From: the human T2T-CHM13v2.0 reference genome, Homo sapiens | DNA: 64,000 bases | Assembly (NCBI RefSeq): GCF_009914755.1 | Contig: NC_060928.1 | Reading direction: 5' to 3' (one strand) | In this document: positions 1-17,944 of the stretch, piece after piece | Layout: each line of letters starts with the position of its first letter | Position numbering within the stretch: position 1 is the stretch's first letter | Made by a program: the position numbers and the translations under genes | Notes under the pieces: generated by a model | Databases searched by the model: none | Told to the model about the DNA's origin: nothing | Seen by the model: only the letters and a program-made list of their open reading frames with translations

Positions 1-2262
1 TCACATTTCTCCTCCCATCCTCTCAATTGCTGCTGCTTCTCCTTTCTCCACGGTTATCAAATAGCTTAATGTCTGAGGTAATAGTTTATAAAAGGCTTAC
101 TGTACAGCATAACTATTACAGATATACATACAGGGCCCCCTGCTCCTCTGAGGAAAAGTGCTGCACAGTGCTGGGTATACAATATAAACAACTTCACTAA
201 TATGTATTATTGTATTTGCTATCATCATCACACCAATTCCATTAATAATCCTGTACTAGTGCTGACTTCTGAATCTTAGTTCCTCTTCTGAAAGGAGGGA
301 TTAACGTGGCCATACAAGAAACTGAAGTTCTACTATTCCCTCCTTGACTTTATGCACTAGAAACAATGAATTAAAGGTATTTGCAATTCCAAGTGTATGC
401 TCTTTCCCAATCTCCCTGGCTGTACAAGCACTGCTGTTTCAACTTGAAATGTCCTCTAGCTCATACTTCCCTTCCTAAAGTAGCCATCAGTCTGTAAGAC
501 TCTCTGGATTTGTGCAGTTGTGCCCTGCCTTCCAACATCTGTACTTGGACATAATTCTACCTTTACATTTAGTTGCTTTGAGACTATTGGTAAACTTGCC
601 TTTCCTAATAATGAATTCTTTGATGTTAATCTCCAGAGTTGAGCATATGCCTAATAGCTTCACTTGTAAACAGCTTAACAAGTAAAAGCACTGAGTGCTT
701 ACTATTTGACTACCTATTGTTCAAAGCGCTATGCCATATTAACTCATGTAATGTTCCCACAATTTGATGAAACTGTGGAAAGCCCTTTTTTTTCTAGTTT
801 TTTATTTTTCTTACTACACCCCCATTTCAGCCATAAAGCCCATTTTAAAGACGAAGAAACATACATAGGAAGATGAATATTCATTTTTAATGTATTACAC
901 AATCAAAACAAAACACGGACACACTCAGCTTCCAATCTTGACCAACACACATGCTAAGCTCCATTCTAACCTACTAGGATGTCACATTACCACATAAACT
1001 ACCTGTAACTGCAGATCATTTTTACTGAACTTCCCTAACACATGCTGACTGTATTAGTCTGCCCTTCATCGGTATCAAGAAATTTCTAGTAGAGGGGCTC
1101 AGAATCTCTCGGAGATTCTCTGGTCCCAGATTAGCCAATCTACATCTATTCCGTCCATTATTTCTTAATCTATTTGTCCAATCCTTTCTATTTCATCTGC
1201 CACAAATGACCTGGAAAAGCTAGCAGCAGATAACACTGCTATTTCAACAAACTCATTTTCAGGACAGAGACCACACAGCGTAGAATCAGACTTAATTCTG
1301 GCTACTGGGTTTTAGCCGCGTTACCTAAGGAGAAAGTTAATCTTGTGGAGTCTCAGTTTTCCTCATCTGTAAAATGAGGCTCCTACTACCAGCCTTGGGG
1401 GGATTAAGTGAATTGCAAGCCACTTAGGAGAATGCCTGGCAGATAATAAGCCTCATCAAATGTTGTTATTTAACGTCATTACTGTAATGCTCTGCTGCTC
1501 TAAGTCGAGTGGCTCCCCACTGACAGAATAAAACATAAACATTTTAGTTCAAACCCCTTCAGAGTCTGAATCCATCCTACCTCCCGAAACACCTTCCACT
1601 GTTTTGATACCCAATTGTCAACTTCTGCCAAAAGGATCTGTAACGGAGCCCCCTAGCTCCAGCGGAGGCTCCTCTGTCCTCCTTTCAAATTCCAGTTATT
1701 TAATCTAGCCTTTAGAGCACAACTCAAATCTCACCTCCCCCGGATTCCCCCCACCCACCCGCCCCAAGCCCTGGGTAACGTTGCCCTCCCCCGAATTTCA
1801 CAGCACCGGAGGTTCACCCCATTCATTTGGCATTCAGTCTGCCGTGCAAAGTTAGTAATCCTCCTGGTGTCCCCGGAGAATCGTTCAACCTGAGGGTGGG
1901 GGTGTGTCCCCTTCTTTGTGTATTAACACGGGCTCGTAGAGCCTCCAACACGCACTATAGAGTAGCTAATTTGCCGCTGCCACAAAAAAAAGTTACTCGC
2001 TGACAGAAAAACTGGCCCGAAAAGGAACACAGTAGTGCCGTTTTCAAGTGGGCAGGTGACGGGTCTGTCTGGGCCGGAGAGGACGAAGAGGGCGGCCCCG
2101 AGGTTCCCCGGGCTGGGGGATGCGGGAGGGTGGGTCTCCGGCGAGCAGCGCGCGGCCACGGGCGCTGCCACGGGGGCGGCGCGGGGGGAGCAGCGGGGCC
2201 CCAGCGCGTCGACGCCGGCCGCGGAGACGCGTCGAGCCCCCGCCCCCGCCCCCGCCCCTCAC
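1..2262 (-). other. CCNI: Intron 1 of the minus-strand gene (continues beyond the window start)
   Basis: Lies downstream of the GTGAG donor; AT-rich, contains MIR/L2 relics, no credible ORF. Confidence 0.7.
1275..1480 (+). mobile_element. MIR SINE
   Basis: Core motif ctcagttttcctcatctgtaaaatgagg. Confidence 0.75.
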
Positions 2263-2295
2263 CTTCTCCTCCTCTTCCTCCTCCTCCTCCTCCCC
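2263..2295 (-). repeat. (GAG)n-type trinucleotide tract at the end of exon 1
   Basis: cttctcctcctcttcctcctcctcctcctcccc on the + strand. Confidence 0.9.
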
Positions 2296-2807
2296 GGCAG
2301 AGCTGTAGGCCTCACAGTGGTGACGCGGGGTCATCCGGGGGCCCGTTACCACCTCATTCTCATAGGCGCGCGGAGGCGGTGCGCGCGGGACGACTCGGCC
2401 AACTGAGGAGGGAGAAAGGGGAAGCGGATCGGGGGGCGCGGGCGCGGGCGCTGGCGCTCGAGCGGGACGCACGGCTGCGGCCGCTGGGTCGGTCAGCGAA
2501 TTAGTTCCATGATGACCCCCGGCCTGAGGCCGCCGCCGCTCGAGCCCGGGTTGGGAGGGGGCTCCCTCTCGCCATAGGGCGGCGGGGGCCGGGGAGAGGC
2601 GGGGGGTGAGACCGGCTCTGCCCCTGCCCGGGGAAAGCGCCTCCGAGGGGAAATGGTGAAAGGGGGGGAGGGGAGAAAAGAAAAGAAAAAAAAAAAAAGA
2701 AAGGGGAAAGGGGGGAAAAATAAGAAAAAGCGAGACAGAGGCGCTGCCGCGTCCGCTCGCGGGGAAGGCTGGGGAGGGAGGGGAAGAGAGGGGAAGGGAG
2801 GAAGAAG
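2263..2807 (-). other. CCNI: Non-coding exon 1 (5' UTR) of cyclin I
   Basis: Minus strand ends ...GAGGAAGAGGAGGAGAAG|GTGAGG, a consensus donor with GT at 2262-2261. The leader sequence matches my recollection of CCNI mRNA. The 5' end (TSS) is approximate and no CCNI coding exon lies in the window. Confidence 0.75.
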
Positions 2808-3084
2808 TGCCGGCTTCCTCGGCTCCGCCCTCGCGGACCGATTCCTAGACTCGCCCACTCCTTGTAAACTACGCGGACTTGGTCTTTCACCCTTCCTGTT
2901 CCTCCCCGCCGCCTTCCCGGTCCAACGAAAGTACAGAGAAGTGCGGCCGAAAGGAGACGGGCTGGGGAAGTCGTTGGCACTAGGATGGAAGGAGGGAGGA
3001 CGTTTTCTCGTGGCTAAGAAAAGCCGAAGGTCCGTGGACTCATTTTCCTTGAAGGAGCGGAAGGGTTGCTTGCAGACCGCACGG

Positions 3085-3092
3085 TGACGTCA
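3085..3092. promoter_or_regulatory. Full palindromic CRE (CREB/ATF site)
   Basis: TGACGTCA about 280 bp upstream of the inferred TSS, inside the CpG island. Confidence 0.7.
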
Positions 3093-3141
3093 GCGTCTCT
3101 GGGCCCCCACTGAGGGGGCGTGCGGTGGCCGGAGAGTGCGC

Positions 3142-3152
3142 TGCGCATGCGC
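3142..3152. promoter_or_regulatory. NRF1 motif
   Basis: TGCGCATGCGC, matching the NRF1 consensus, inside the CpG island. Confidence 0.75.
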
Positions 3153-3829
3153 CTGGGGAAGAAAGAAGCGGCCGAGCGCTGCGCTTGGGGGAGGGGATTT
3201 CACGATCCGCTCCTGTGGTCCAGCTTTACAGCAGCTTGGTTTTATCTAGCCCTACTCGTCCCCAGGCTCTTAGAAGGATTCACTGGGAAGGGGCTACTGA
3301 TCTCTTGGGTGGAGATCTTGCAGATTTGTTGACCTAGCAAAGTATTACGTGTTCTTACCGTTGACATGTAAATAGAATTGCGGTTTTTCTCACTGCCACA
3401 TTGTGTGGGTGGAGGGAGATTCTAAAGGGTTTTAGGAATCGGAAAATTAGGGAGAATCAAATCATGGGTGCTTAAGGCCTCAGTGAAACACTGTAAATTA
3501 TACTGCTGACGGCGAGGAACCTGCTTGGCAATGTGGCAAGGGGATTTTATCCACTCAACCAACACGTCTGAGTATTTCCGAATAGGTTTTATTACCAGGT
3601 GCTTAAAGAATGTGTGGTGACATAAATGGGTTTTATTTGGGGTTCTGTTAGTACAAACGGTAACTTTTTGCTATTTTGATTGTTTTAATTATTTAAAAAT
3701 ATGTAGTATTACAGAGTTTTGAAAGAGGAAGAGCTAGATCTCAACCATTTATAGAAGTCTCGTTTGTTTTTTCCATTTGTTTTTTATATAGTTATTTTAA
3801 CTGTCAGTGAAAAAATATGTGTTGAGTTT

Positions 3830-4330
3830 ATTTAGTGGCCAGACTCAGCAAACTGGAAGTAGCCAAGACAGACATAGCTCCTGCCTTCATGGAGTTTACA
3901 GTCCAAACAGAGGATAACCATTGAGCTAATTATCACTATGTAAAATTACCAAGTACATTTACTTGTTTACTTGTGCATGTATCCCCTCCCTAGAATATAA
4001 GGTCGCAGGCGGCAGGGATCTTGCATGTTTCACCCTCTATCCCTGTGTATAAAAGGCTCTCAATATTTGACCAAGTAAACAATTCTGGTATTAAAACCGT
4101 TAAGATGGAAAATCGCCGGCTGCTGTGGAAACGCTTGCCTTTCCGCCTGGTTTGGGATATCAGAGAAGGTTTTTCTGAAGAAGTGACATTTAAGATGAGA
4201 CTTGAAACCACTGGGCAAAGAATGATACAAGCAGAGGAAGTTATGTGAAAAGGCTCCGAAGCTGAGACGTTCTAAAAATCTCTGAAAGCTAGTGTGGCTG
4301 GCCCTCAGACAACTGAGGCAGGATGTGGAA
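3830..4330 (-). mobile_element. L2 LINE relic
   Basis: acagacatagctcctgccttcatggagtttacagtc and tctgaagaagtgacatttaag resemble L2 3' motifs. Confidence 0.5.
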
Positions 4331-4584
4331 GCAGAGGACAGATGCCATAGAACAGAAGAAGGAATGGGAAGCCCTAGGAGGATTTCAAGTGGGTTGTATC
4401 CTTTTTTTTTCTTTTTTTCACTTCATGTAGCCTATTATTATATGGTCTTCATTCAAAAAAGCCACCATTTTTCTGCATGTTACTCTTGAGACTGTAGCAT
4501 TTCTGCATAATACTATTGAGAGTGTAACATAATTCCATTGTTAGACCATGAAATTGCTTCTGATTTTCACTCCAATAAGAATAA

Positions 4585-5740
4585 TGCAAATTCCACTCCT
4601 AAATATATACCCAAGAGAAAGGAAAATATTTGTCCATGCAAAAACTTTTTTACAAACGTTAGCATTATTCATAATAGCCAAAGATGAAACAACCTAAATG
4701 TTCATCAGCTGGCGCCTGTATAAATCAAATGTGATACATCTATGTACAATCAAATTTTTATTTTTAAGAGATGGGGTCTGGCTCCGTGGCGCAGATGGGG
4801 GTGCCATGAGACTTCTTATGTTGTCCAGGCTGGTCTCAAACTCCTGGCCTCTAGCAATTCTCCCTCCTTAGCCTGAAAGTGATGGGATTACAGGCATGAG
4901 CCGTCACACCGACCTATACAATGGAATCTTATTGGGCCATAAAAAGAAAATACTAATACATGCTATAACATGCATAACCTTTGAAAGCAGTATGCTAAAT
5001 GAAAGAAGCCAGTCACAAAAGACCACATATTATATGATTCCACTTACGTGAATGTCCAGAATAGGCAAATATATAGAGACAGAAAGTAAGGAAGTGGTTG
5101 CTTAGGGCTAGGGGCAGGCATGGGATTAGGGGATGATAGTTAAATGATATGGGGGTTTCTTTCTTTTTTTCTTTTCTTTTTTTTTTTTTTTTTTTTTTTG
5201 GAAACAGGGCCTTGCTCTGTCACCCAGGCTGCAGGCTGGAGTGCAATGGTGTGAACATGACTCACTGTAGCCTTGACCTCCAGGATCAAGCAATCCTCCT
5301 GCCTCAGCCTCCTGTGTAGCTGGAACCACAGGCGCATGCCTCCATGCCCAACTGATTTTTTGAAGGTTTCTTTTTGAGGTGAGAAAAATGTTCTGAGATT
5401 GATTGTGTTGATGGTTGCGCAACTGTGAATATTTAGGTTGAGTATTATCCAAAATATTTGAGACCAGAAGTATTTTGAATTTTAAACTTTTTTTTCAGTT
5501 TTGGAAATGTTTGCATTAAATTATATACTTACTGGTTGAGCAACCTAGTCTGAAAATCCAAAATGAGCATTTCCTCTGAGTGTCATGTTGGCACTCAAAA
5601 AGCTTTGGATTTTGGAGCATTTCAGATTTTTGTATCAGGGATATGCAACCTGTACTAAAAACCATTGAATTGTACACTTTAAATGTATTACTTCTATGGT
5701 GTTTGAATTATAATAAAGCTGCTACCCAAAAAATGAAAAA
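4585..5740 (+). mobile_element. Old L1M 3' end interrupted by Alu fragments (~4760-4912, ~5158-5360) and a MER46/Tigger4-like element (~5433-5653)
   Basis: L1M 3' motifs aattccactcctaaatatatacccaagagaa and gaaagaagccagtcacaaaagaccacatatt; inverted termini aggttgag...caacctgta for the DNA element. Confidence 0.7.
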
Positions 5741-6043
5741 CAAAAATAATTCAATTAACATCTTCATAACCTCTTTGGGGCTATTCCTAGGTCCAACAAT
5801 ATTATGTTTTTATGGCTTTTACTGAATACCAGTTGCCAGTTGCAAGGCAGAAGATTAAACCAATTAAAATGTTACCAGGAGTCTTTAAGAGCTCCCATTT
5901 AATTATATACTTATCCTTATTAAAACTATCTTACTGCCTATGAGATTGCCAGTGACAATTTAATCTACTATAAATATAATTACAAGTAATTAATAGGTGG
6001 GTAAGTAACTAGTTGCAGTTGTCTGAACAAAAAGTATGGATAT

Positions 6044-7888
<1,845 letters not shown>

Positions 7889-8381
7889 TCAGAAGTCTAG
7901 GAAAATGGAAGGGAATCAAATTGATGGCCAGGAAGTGGTTCGCTATCATTAAATATTTCTAGAAATACTGCCTACATTTTTAGGAGTAAAGAAAGCAAGG
8001 CTGTTTCATGTTTAATGACAGAAGCTTCTATTCTCCTTTGTCCTAAATGAAATTTTTAGATAATGTTTCCACAAGACAATTTATGAAGGTACTATCTTGT
8101 AGGAGAGATGTTAAAGCCTACAAGAACAAAGGAAATTATTTACTGTCATAATCACTTAGCATCTGCCCACACTTTAGGATTCTTTTAACAACTTCTAAAA
8201 TATTTTTCATTTATCTATACAGAGATAGAATGTAAGAGGAGTAAATGTCCCAAACCAACTTGGCATCAAGATATTAAGAGAAAAAAAAGTCCCCATTCAC
8301 CAAATAATATAAAGACCTCCTCCTTAATATTAAGTGGGGAAAGTGCTCAGAGGGAATAAGTCAAGGAAGCCTCAAGCTGCC

Positions 8382-10279
<1,898 letters not shown>

Positions 10280-10474
10280 AGCCTCAAGCTGCTTTCTAAA
10301 CTTGGGCCAACACTCAATATAAACTAGCTTTAGGTTTCTCATATTTAAGGAGTGATTTAGGAAAGTCTCACCAGAAGGGATCATTGGTTTCATGCTTCAT
10401 TAAGAGGAGCCACGGAGATCAAACAGCAACCACCTATTTGAAAGTTGTATCTCAAAAGACTTCAGTAGAAACAT

Positions 10475-11603
10475 TTGCCAAGGGGAAGAGTCAAAGTCTG
10501 TAAAACATTTGAAGAGATTTATTCTGATTCAAATAGGAGTGACCAATGGCCCAAGACTCAGTCTCAAGAGGTCCTAAGAACATGTGCCTAGGGTGGTAGC
10601 TTGGATTTATACAATTTAGGGAGATATAAGACATCAATACATGTATGATGTACATTCGTCTGTCCAGAAAGGTGGGATAACTGGAAACAAGGAGGGTGGG
10701 GGGTGAGGGGATTCCAGGTAATAAGTGAATTCAAGGATTTTCTTTTCTTTCTCTGTCTTTTTCTTTTTCTTCCTTCCTTTCTTTTTTTCTTTTTTTGAGA
10801 GAGAGTCTCACTCTGTCGCCCAGGCTGCAGTGCAGTGGCACGATGACAGCCCCGCTGCAACCTCCACCTCCCAGGCTTAAGTGATTTTCAGTTTTCCTGC
10901 CTCAGCCTCCTGAGTAGCTGGGATTACAGGCGTGTGCCATCACGCCCAGCTAATTTTCATGTTTTTTTAGTAGAGACAGGGTTTCACCATGTTGGCCAGG
11001 CTGGTCTCAAACTCTTGGCATGGTTGCTTCAGCCTCCCAAAGTGCTGGGATTAAAAGCTTGAGCCACCACACAGCCGATTCAAGGATTTTTGAACTGGCA
11101 ATTAGTTGAAAGAGTTAAATTGTTGTCTAGAAACCTAGAATCAGTTGAAATGAATGTCTGGGTTAAGATAAGGGGTTGTGGACACCAAGGTTCCCATTAT
11201 GAGGCAAAGCCTACAGGCAGCAGGCTTCAGAGAAAACGGTCTGCAAGTGTTTCTTATCAGATTTTAGAAAGTGCGAGACTTCTGTTGATTTTCTCCTGGA
11301 TTAGGAAAAAGTCCTGGAAAGGAAAGGGGATTCTCTAGAGAATGTAGATTTTCCCCACAAGAGACAGCTTTGCCGGGCTGTTTCTAGATACGGCAAAGAA
11401 ACATGTTTGGGATTAAAATATTTTGATTTCCCTCTTTGTCTGTCATGTGACGTTATGCCAGTTAGGTTGGAAATCAATCCATGTTATCTGGTGTTAAATA
11501 AAACCCCTCTAATGAAACTTTATGGTTTATAGGGCGTGACTCCCCAGGCCCCTTATGTAGGAATTTGGGCAAGAGAAGAAAAAGGTCAGAGTTTAGTTCT
11601 CAC
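10475..11603 (-). mobile_element. MER4-group (MER4B/D-like) ERV1 solo LTR with nested Alu (10742-11076)
   Basis: Minus strand begins TGAGAACTAAACTCTGACC...TTGCCCAAATTCCTAC. Alu TSD ATTCAAGGATTTT at 10729-10741 / 11078-11090. Confidence 0.75.
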
Positions 11604-11688
11604 ATTTTATTTACTTATTTTTAGTTGGGAGAAAAATACATCATTAAAACAAAGTATCATTTTACTCTTTTCCAGAACTGTTTTGAAT

Positions 11689-12347
11689 TGTCAAAGGACA
11701 AAGTTACAGCAAATTTAAAGACCTCAACTGGCTTTACTGCAATTCTAGAATCAGGCAACACTTATTTTATTATTTATTATTTATTCCATAAAATACAATT
11801 TAACTGTCCCAGTGAGCTGAGTAGAAGAGGTTGGCTTTATAGGCAGAGAAGGACTGAAGCAGAAACAAAGAAAGAACTGGTCATTTCAAAGTCGCTTTCC
11901 TTGTAAAGCAGGAACAGAGAGAACAGTAGAAAAATGACTGATTGGTTAACATCAAGTTATTTGGGGTTAAGGATTACAACAGAGGGAATTTTCTTGGGAG
12001 TGGTAGAATGCACACACTGTAATCCCAGCTACTTGGGAGGCTGAGGCAGGAGGATTCCTTGAGTTCAGGAGATCAAGGTCAGTCTGGGGAAGGTAATGAA
12101 ACGCATCTCTTAAAAAATAAATATGAAAATAAACTAAACCAGGGAGGACTTTATTATCACGCAGATTAAAACTGGCCTGTTTGGAAGATTAGCTGTTACC
12201 TCTCTCTCCTGATTTCTCAGATAACAACTTAGTTTGGTGACATGAAACTTCAGCATGGGTGACTGTTTTGATTTTTAGTCTAGTCCGTTGGGGCCTAGTG
12301 CAGGAGCTTAGTCCAAAACAATGGCCTCCTGTAATTTTTATTTAACA
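11689..12347 (-). mobile_element. MER67-like ERV1 LTR with FLAM insert (~11995-12120)
   Basis: Minus strand begins TGTTAAATAAAATTACAGGAGGCCATTGTTTTGGACTAAGCTCCTGCAC; a related copy lies at ~30075-30760. Confidence 0.55.
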
Positions 12348-12543
12348 GAAGCAGGAACCACCAAATTCAGCATGTAATCAGACTATCAACACACACTTAT
12401 CAAGCACTTGCGGGGGAAGATGTGTAGAGAAGGGTAAAAATCCTCCAAGTTTTATTTTAGTCTCCTCACACATATGTTTACTATAACACTTATTTCTTCT
12501 CAGTAAAGGAAAAGAATTATGTTTTGGGAGTCAATTTAAATTA

Positions 12544-12894
<351 letters not shown>

Positions 12895-12922
12895 TCATTC
12901 TTGAAAAACTAAGCTGCCTTTT

Positions 12923-14909
<1,987 letters not shown>

Positions 14910-15039
14910 TGAGATAGTGATTTAACAGATATTTGAGTCCCAGTTGCATGCTGGGTTAGGCACTAAAAGAGATTCTAAGGTGAATGAAATATAGACCTGC
15001 TAATAAGAAACGTAATTATTCATTCTTCAATTGAGCAAC

Positions 15040-15540
15040 ATTTGCTAGCCGTGTGACCTTGAGGCAAGTTACTCAGCTTTTTGTTGTTGTTTTTTTTGTT
15101 TGTTTGTTTTTTGTTTTTTGAGACAGGGTCTGGCTCTGTCATCCAGCCTGGAATGCAGTCTCAACTTCCTGGGTTCAAGTGATCCTCCCACCTCAGCCTC
15201 CGGAGTAGCTGGGACTATAGGTCTGTGCCACCATGCCCAGATAATTTTTGTATTTTTGGTAGAGACGGAGTTTCACCATGTTGCCCAAGCTAATCTCAAA
15301 CTCCTGGGCTCAAGGGATCCACCCACCTTGGTCTCCCAAAATGTTAGGATTACAGGCCTATTATGGCCTACTGAGTAGGCCTATGCATGGCCAACTCAGC
15401 TTTCTATAACTTGACCTGTTTCGTCGTCTGTAAAATGGAGGTAATGATGTATCTCCTAGAGTCTTTATGACAATTAAGTGGGATAATATTTGCAAAAGGC
15501 TTAGAACAATGTGTGACACATAGGAAACCCTCATTTTTAG
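15040..15540. mobile_element. MIR split by AluJ (15078-15356, -)
   Basis: gtgtgaccttgaggcaagttact ... tctgtaaaatggaggtaat flank the Alu. Confidence 0.75.
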
Positions 15541-15589
15541 CTTAACTATTGCAAGAGGTCTTTATGTGCTAGGCTTGAGTATGTGAGGT

Positions 15590-17050
15590 ATTAATGATTT
15601 GCTGTGTAACAAACTACCTCAAAATATAGCTGCTTAAAACAACAAATATGTATTATCTCATACAGTTTCTGAGGCTCAAGAGCTCTAGCTGGGTGGTTCT
15701 GGCTCAGCATCTTTCATGAGGTTACTGTTAGTGGTGGCAAATCCACACAGGTCTGCAGCAACCTCAATTCTTGCCTCCTCAGAAGAAAGAATTTGACTGA
15801 GGGGCATAAGGCAAAGGTAGAGACTGAGGCAAGTTTTAGAGCAGGAGTGAAAGTTTATTAAAAATCAGGCTGGGCGCAGTGTTTCATGCCTGTAATTCCA
15901 GCACTTTGGGAGGCCAAGGCGGGCGTATCACCTAAGGTGGGGAGTTCAAGACCAGCCTGACCAACATGGAGAAACCCCGTCTCTACTAAAGAAAAAAAAA
16001 AAAAAAAAAAATACAAAATTAGCCGGGTGTGGTGGTGCATGCCTGTAATCCTAGCTACTCAGGAGGCCGAGGCAGGAGAATCGCTTGAACCCGGCAGGTG
16101 GAGGTTGCGGTGAGCCGAGATTGCGCCATGCACTCCAGCCTGGGCAATGAGCAAAGCTCTGTCTCAAAAAAAAAAAAAAAAAAGTTTATTAAAAATCTTT
16201 AGAATAGGAATGAAAGGAAGTACACTTGGAAGAGGCTCAAGTGGGCGACTTGAGAGATGAAATGTGCGGTTTGACTTTTTGACTTAGGGCTTTGTATGTT
16301 GGCATGCTTCTGGGGTCTTGTGTCCCTTCTCCCCTGATTCTTCCTTGGGGTGGGCTGTCTGCACGCACAGTGGCCTGCCAGAGCTAGGGAGGGGAGCATG
16401 CTCAGTGTGTTCACTGGCATTGTATGCATGCTCGCTTGAGGTGTTCTTCCTTACCAGTCAAATGTTTATAGAAGGTCATGTATCAGTTAAACTGCCATTT
16501 TGCCTCTTAATGTGCATGCTTGAGCCCACTTGCCCAATTCCTGAGATCTTATTGGGAAGCTGCTAAGTTTCTGGTGTTTCTGTTTATTGGGAGACTTTCT
16601 TTCCCTGGCACTGGCTGCAACCAATTATTATTTTAGAGAGACAGTTTAATAACGGCCTGACCATCACCTGATGGTTGCCTGACATTCCTGTTGTGGGAGC
16701 CTCTCTCCTGCTCTGCTCATGTCTGACTAGCTATCTACTGTAACATTTCAATGAGCTTGTTGACTGGGGCTGAAGTCATGGAGGGATTGGAGAATCTGCC
16801 ACCCAGTTCAGTGGCTGTTGGCAGAGGCTTCAGTTCCTTGCACTAGGTCTCTCCATAGGGCTGTCCAAGATCAGGCAGCTGGCTTCACATGTAACAAGTG
16901 ATGGTGGGGGAGGGCAGAGAGAGACAAGATAGAAGCTGCAACTGCTGCCATATTCTGTTCAGTAGAAGCAACTCACTAAGTCCAGGCTATACTGAATGGG
17001 AGAGGAATTAAACTTGAAGAGTATCAAATAATTCATGGACCTATTTTTAA
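15590..17050. mobile_element. MLT1-type MaLR LTR hosting a MER50
   Basis: tgctgtgtaacaaactacctcaaaa...ttaaaacaacaaa...tatctcatacagtttctg; resumes after ~16746. Confidence 0.6.
15726..16745 (-). mobile_element. MER50 ERV1 solo LTR with nested AluSp (15868-16180, +)
   Basis: Minus strand begins TGTTACAGTAGATAGCTAGTCAGACATGAGCAG. Alu TSD AAAGTTTATTAAAAATC at 15850-15866 / 16181-16197. Confidence 0.8.
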
Positions 17051-17214
17051 AACTGCCACAGGTATGGAAAGAAAAGTAAGGGTTATCTAAGTAGACAAGA
17101 ACAGATACGATAGGCAAAGGGTGTAGCGGAAACAAAGGAATAGAGATAATAAGAGAATTACATAGAATGCACTCTAGCATGGCTAGAGAATTAAGGTGAT
17201 TACTTCTTCCCATT

Positions 17215-17755
17215 TTATTTTATTACCATTATTATCATTACTATTTGGAGACAAGGTCTTGCTCTGTTGCCTGCGCCTGAGTGCAGTGGTGTGATTATGG
17301 CTCACTGCAGCCTCAACTCCTGGGCTCAAGCAGGAGCCCAGCTAATGTCTTTTGTAGAGACAGTCTCACTGTGTTGCCCTGGCTGGTCTCAAACTCCTGG
17401 TCTCAAGCAGTCCTCCCACCTCAGCCTCCCAAAGTGCTGGGACTACAGGTGTACACCACCACACTCAGCCTCACTTATTCCCATGTTATTTCTTTGCTTG
17501 TTTGTTTGTTTTTTTGTGATGGAGTCTCGCTTTTGTTGCCCAGGCTGGAGTGCAATGGCACGATCTTGGCTCGCTGCAACCTCTGCCTCCCGTTCGAGCT
17601 ATTCTGCCTCAGCCTCCCAAGTAGCTGGGATTACAGGCATGCACCACCATGCCCAGCTAATTTTGTATTTTTAGTAGAGATGGGGTTTCACCATGTTGGC
17701 CAGGCTGGTCTCGAACTCCTGACCTCAGGTGATGCACCCACCTTGGCCTCCCAAA
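17215..17755 (-). mobile_element. Two tandem Alus, both with internal deletions
   Basis: Alu consensus motifs. Confidence 0.9.
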
Positions 17756-17847
17756 ATAAAGTAATTTTCCCAATATATACAATTAGTAGATGGCAGATCC
17801 AGGGCCTGAAACCATATTTCTGATTATAGAATATTTGATTTTATCTC

Positions 17848-17904
17848 TATGTTGGGGTTCTCCTGAGAAACATAGCCAACAGGGAGGGTGGGTGTGCCTG
17901 TGTG

Positions 17905-17944
<40 letters not shown>

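Larger units (their letters stand above)
2030..3230. promoter_or_regulatory. CpG island promoter
   Basis: Very GC- and CpG-rich block in otherwise AT-rich, CpG-depleted DNA; contains GC boxes, CRE and NRF1 motifs and a first-exon splice donor. Confidence 0.95.

Noticed and set aside
3104-3122. CTCF-like CCACTGAGGGGGCG in the promoter
   Set aside because: An extra base disrupts core spacing; such matches are common in GC-rich DNA.
1923-3337. Many overlapping 60-160 aa Pro/Arg/Gly-rich ORFs
   Set aside because: Expected stop-codon scarcity in a CpG island; mostly non-ATG starts; they run through the splice donor.
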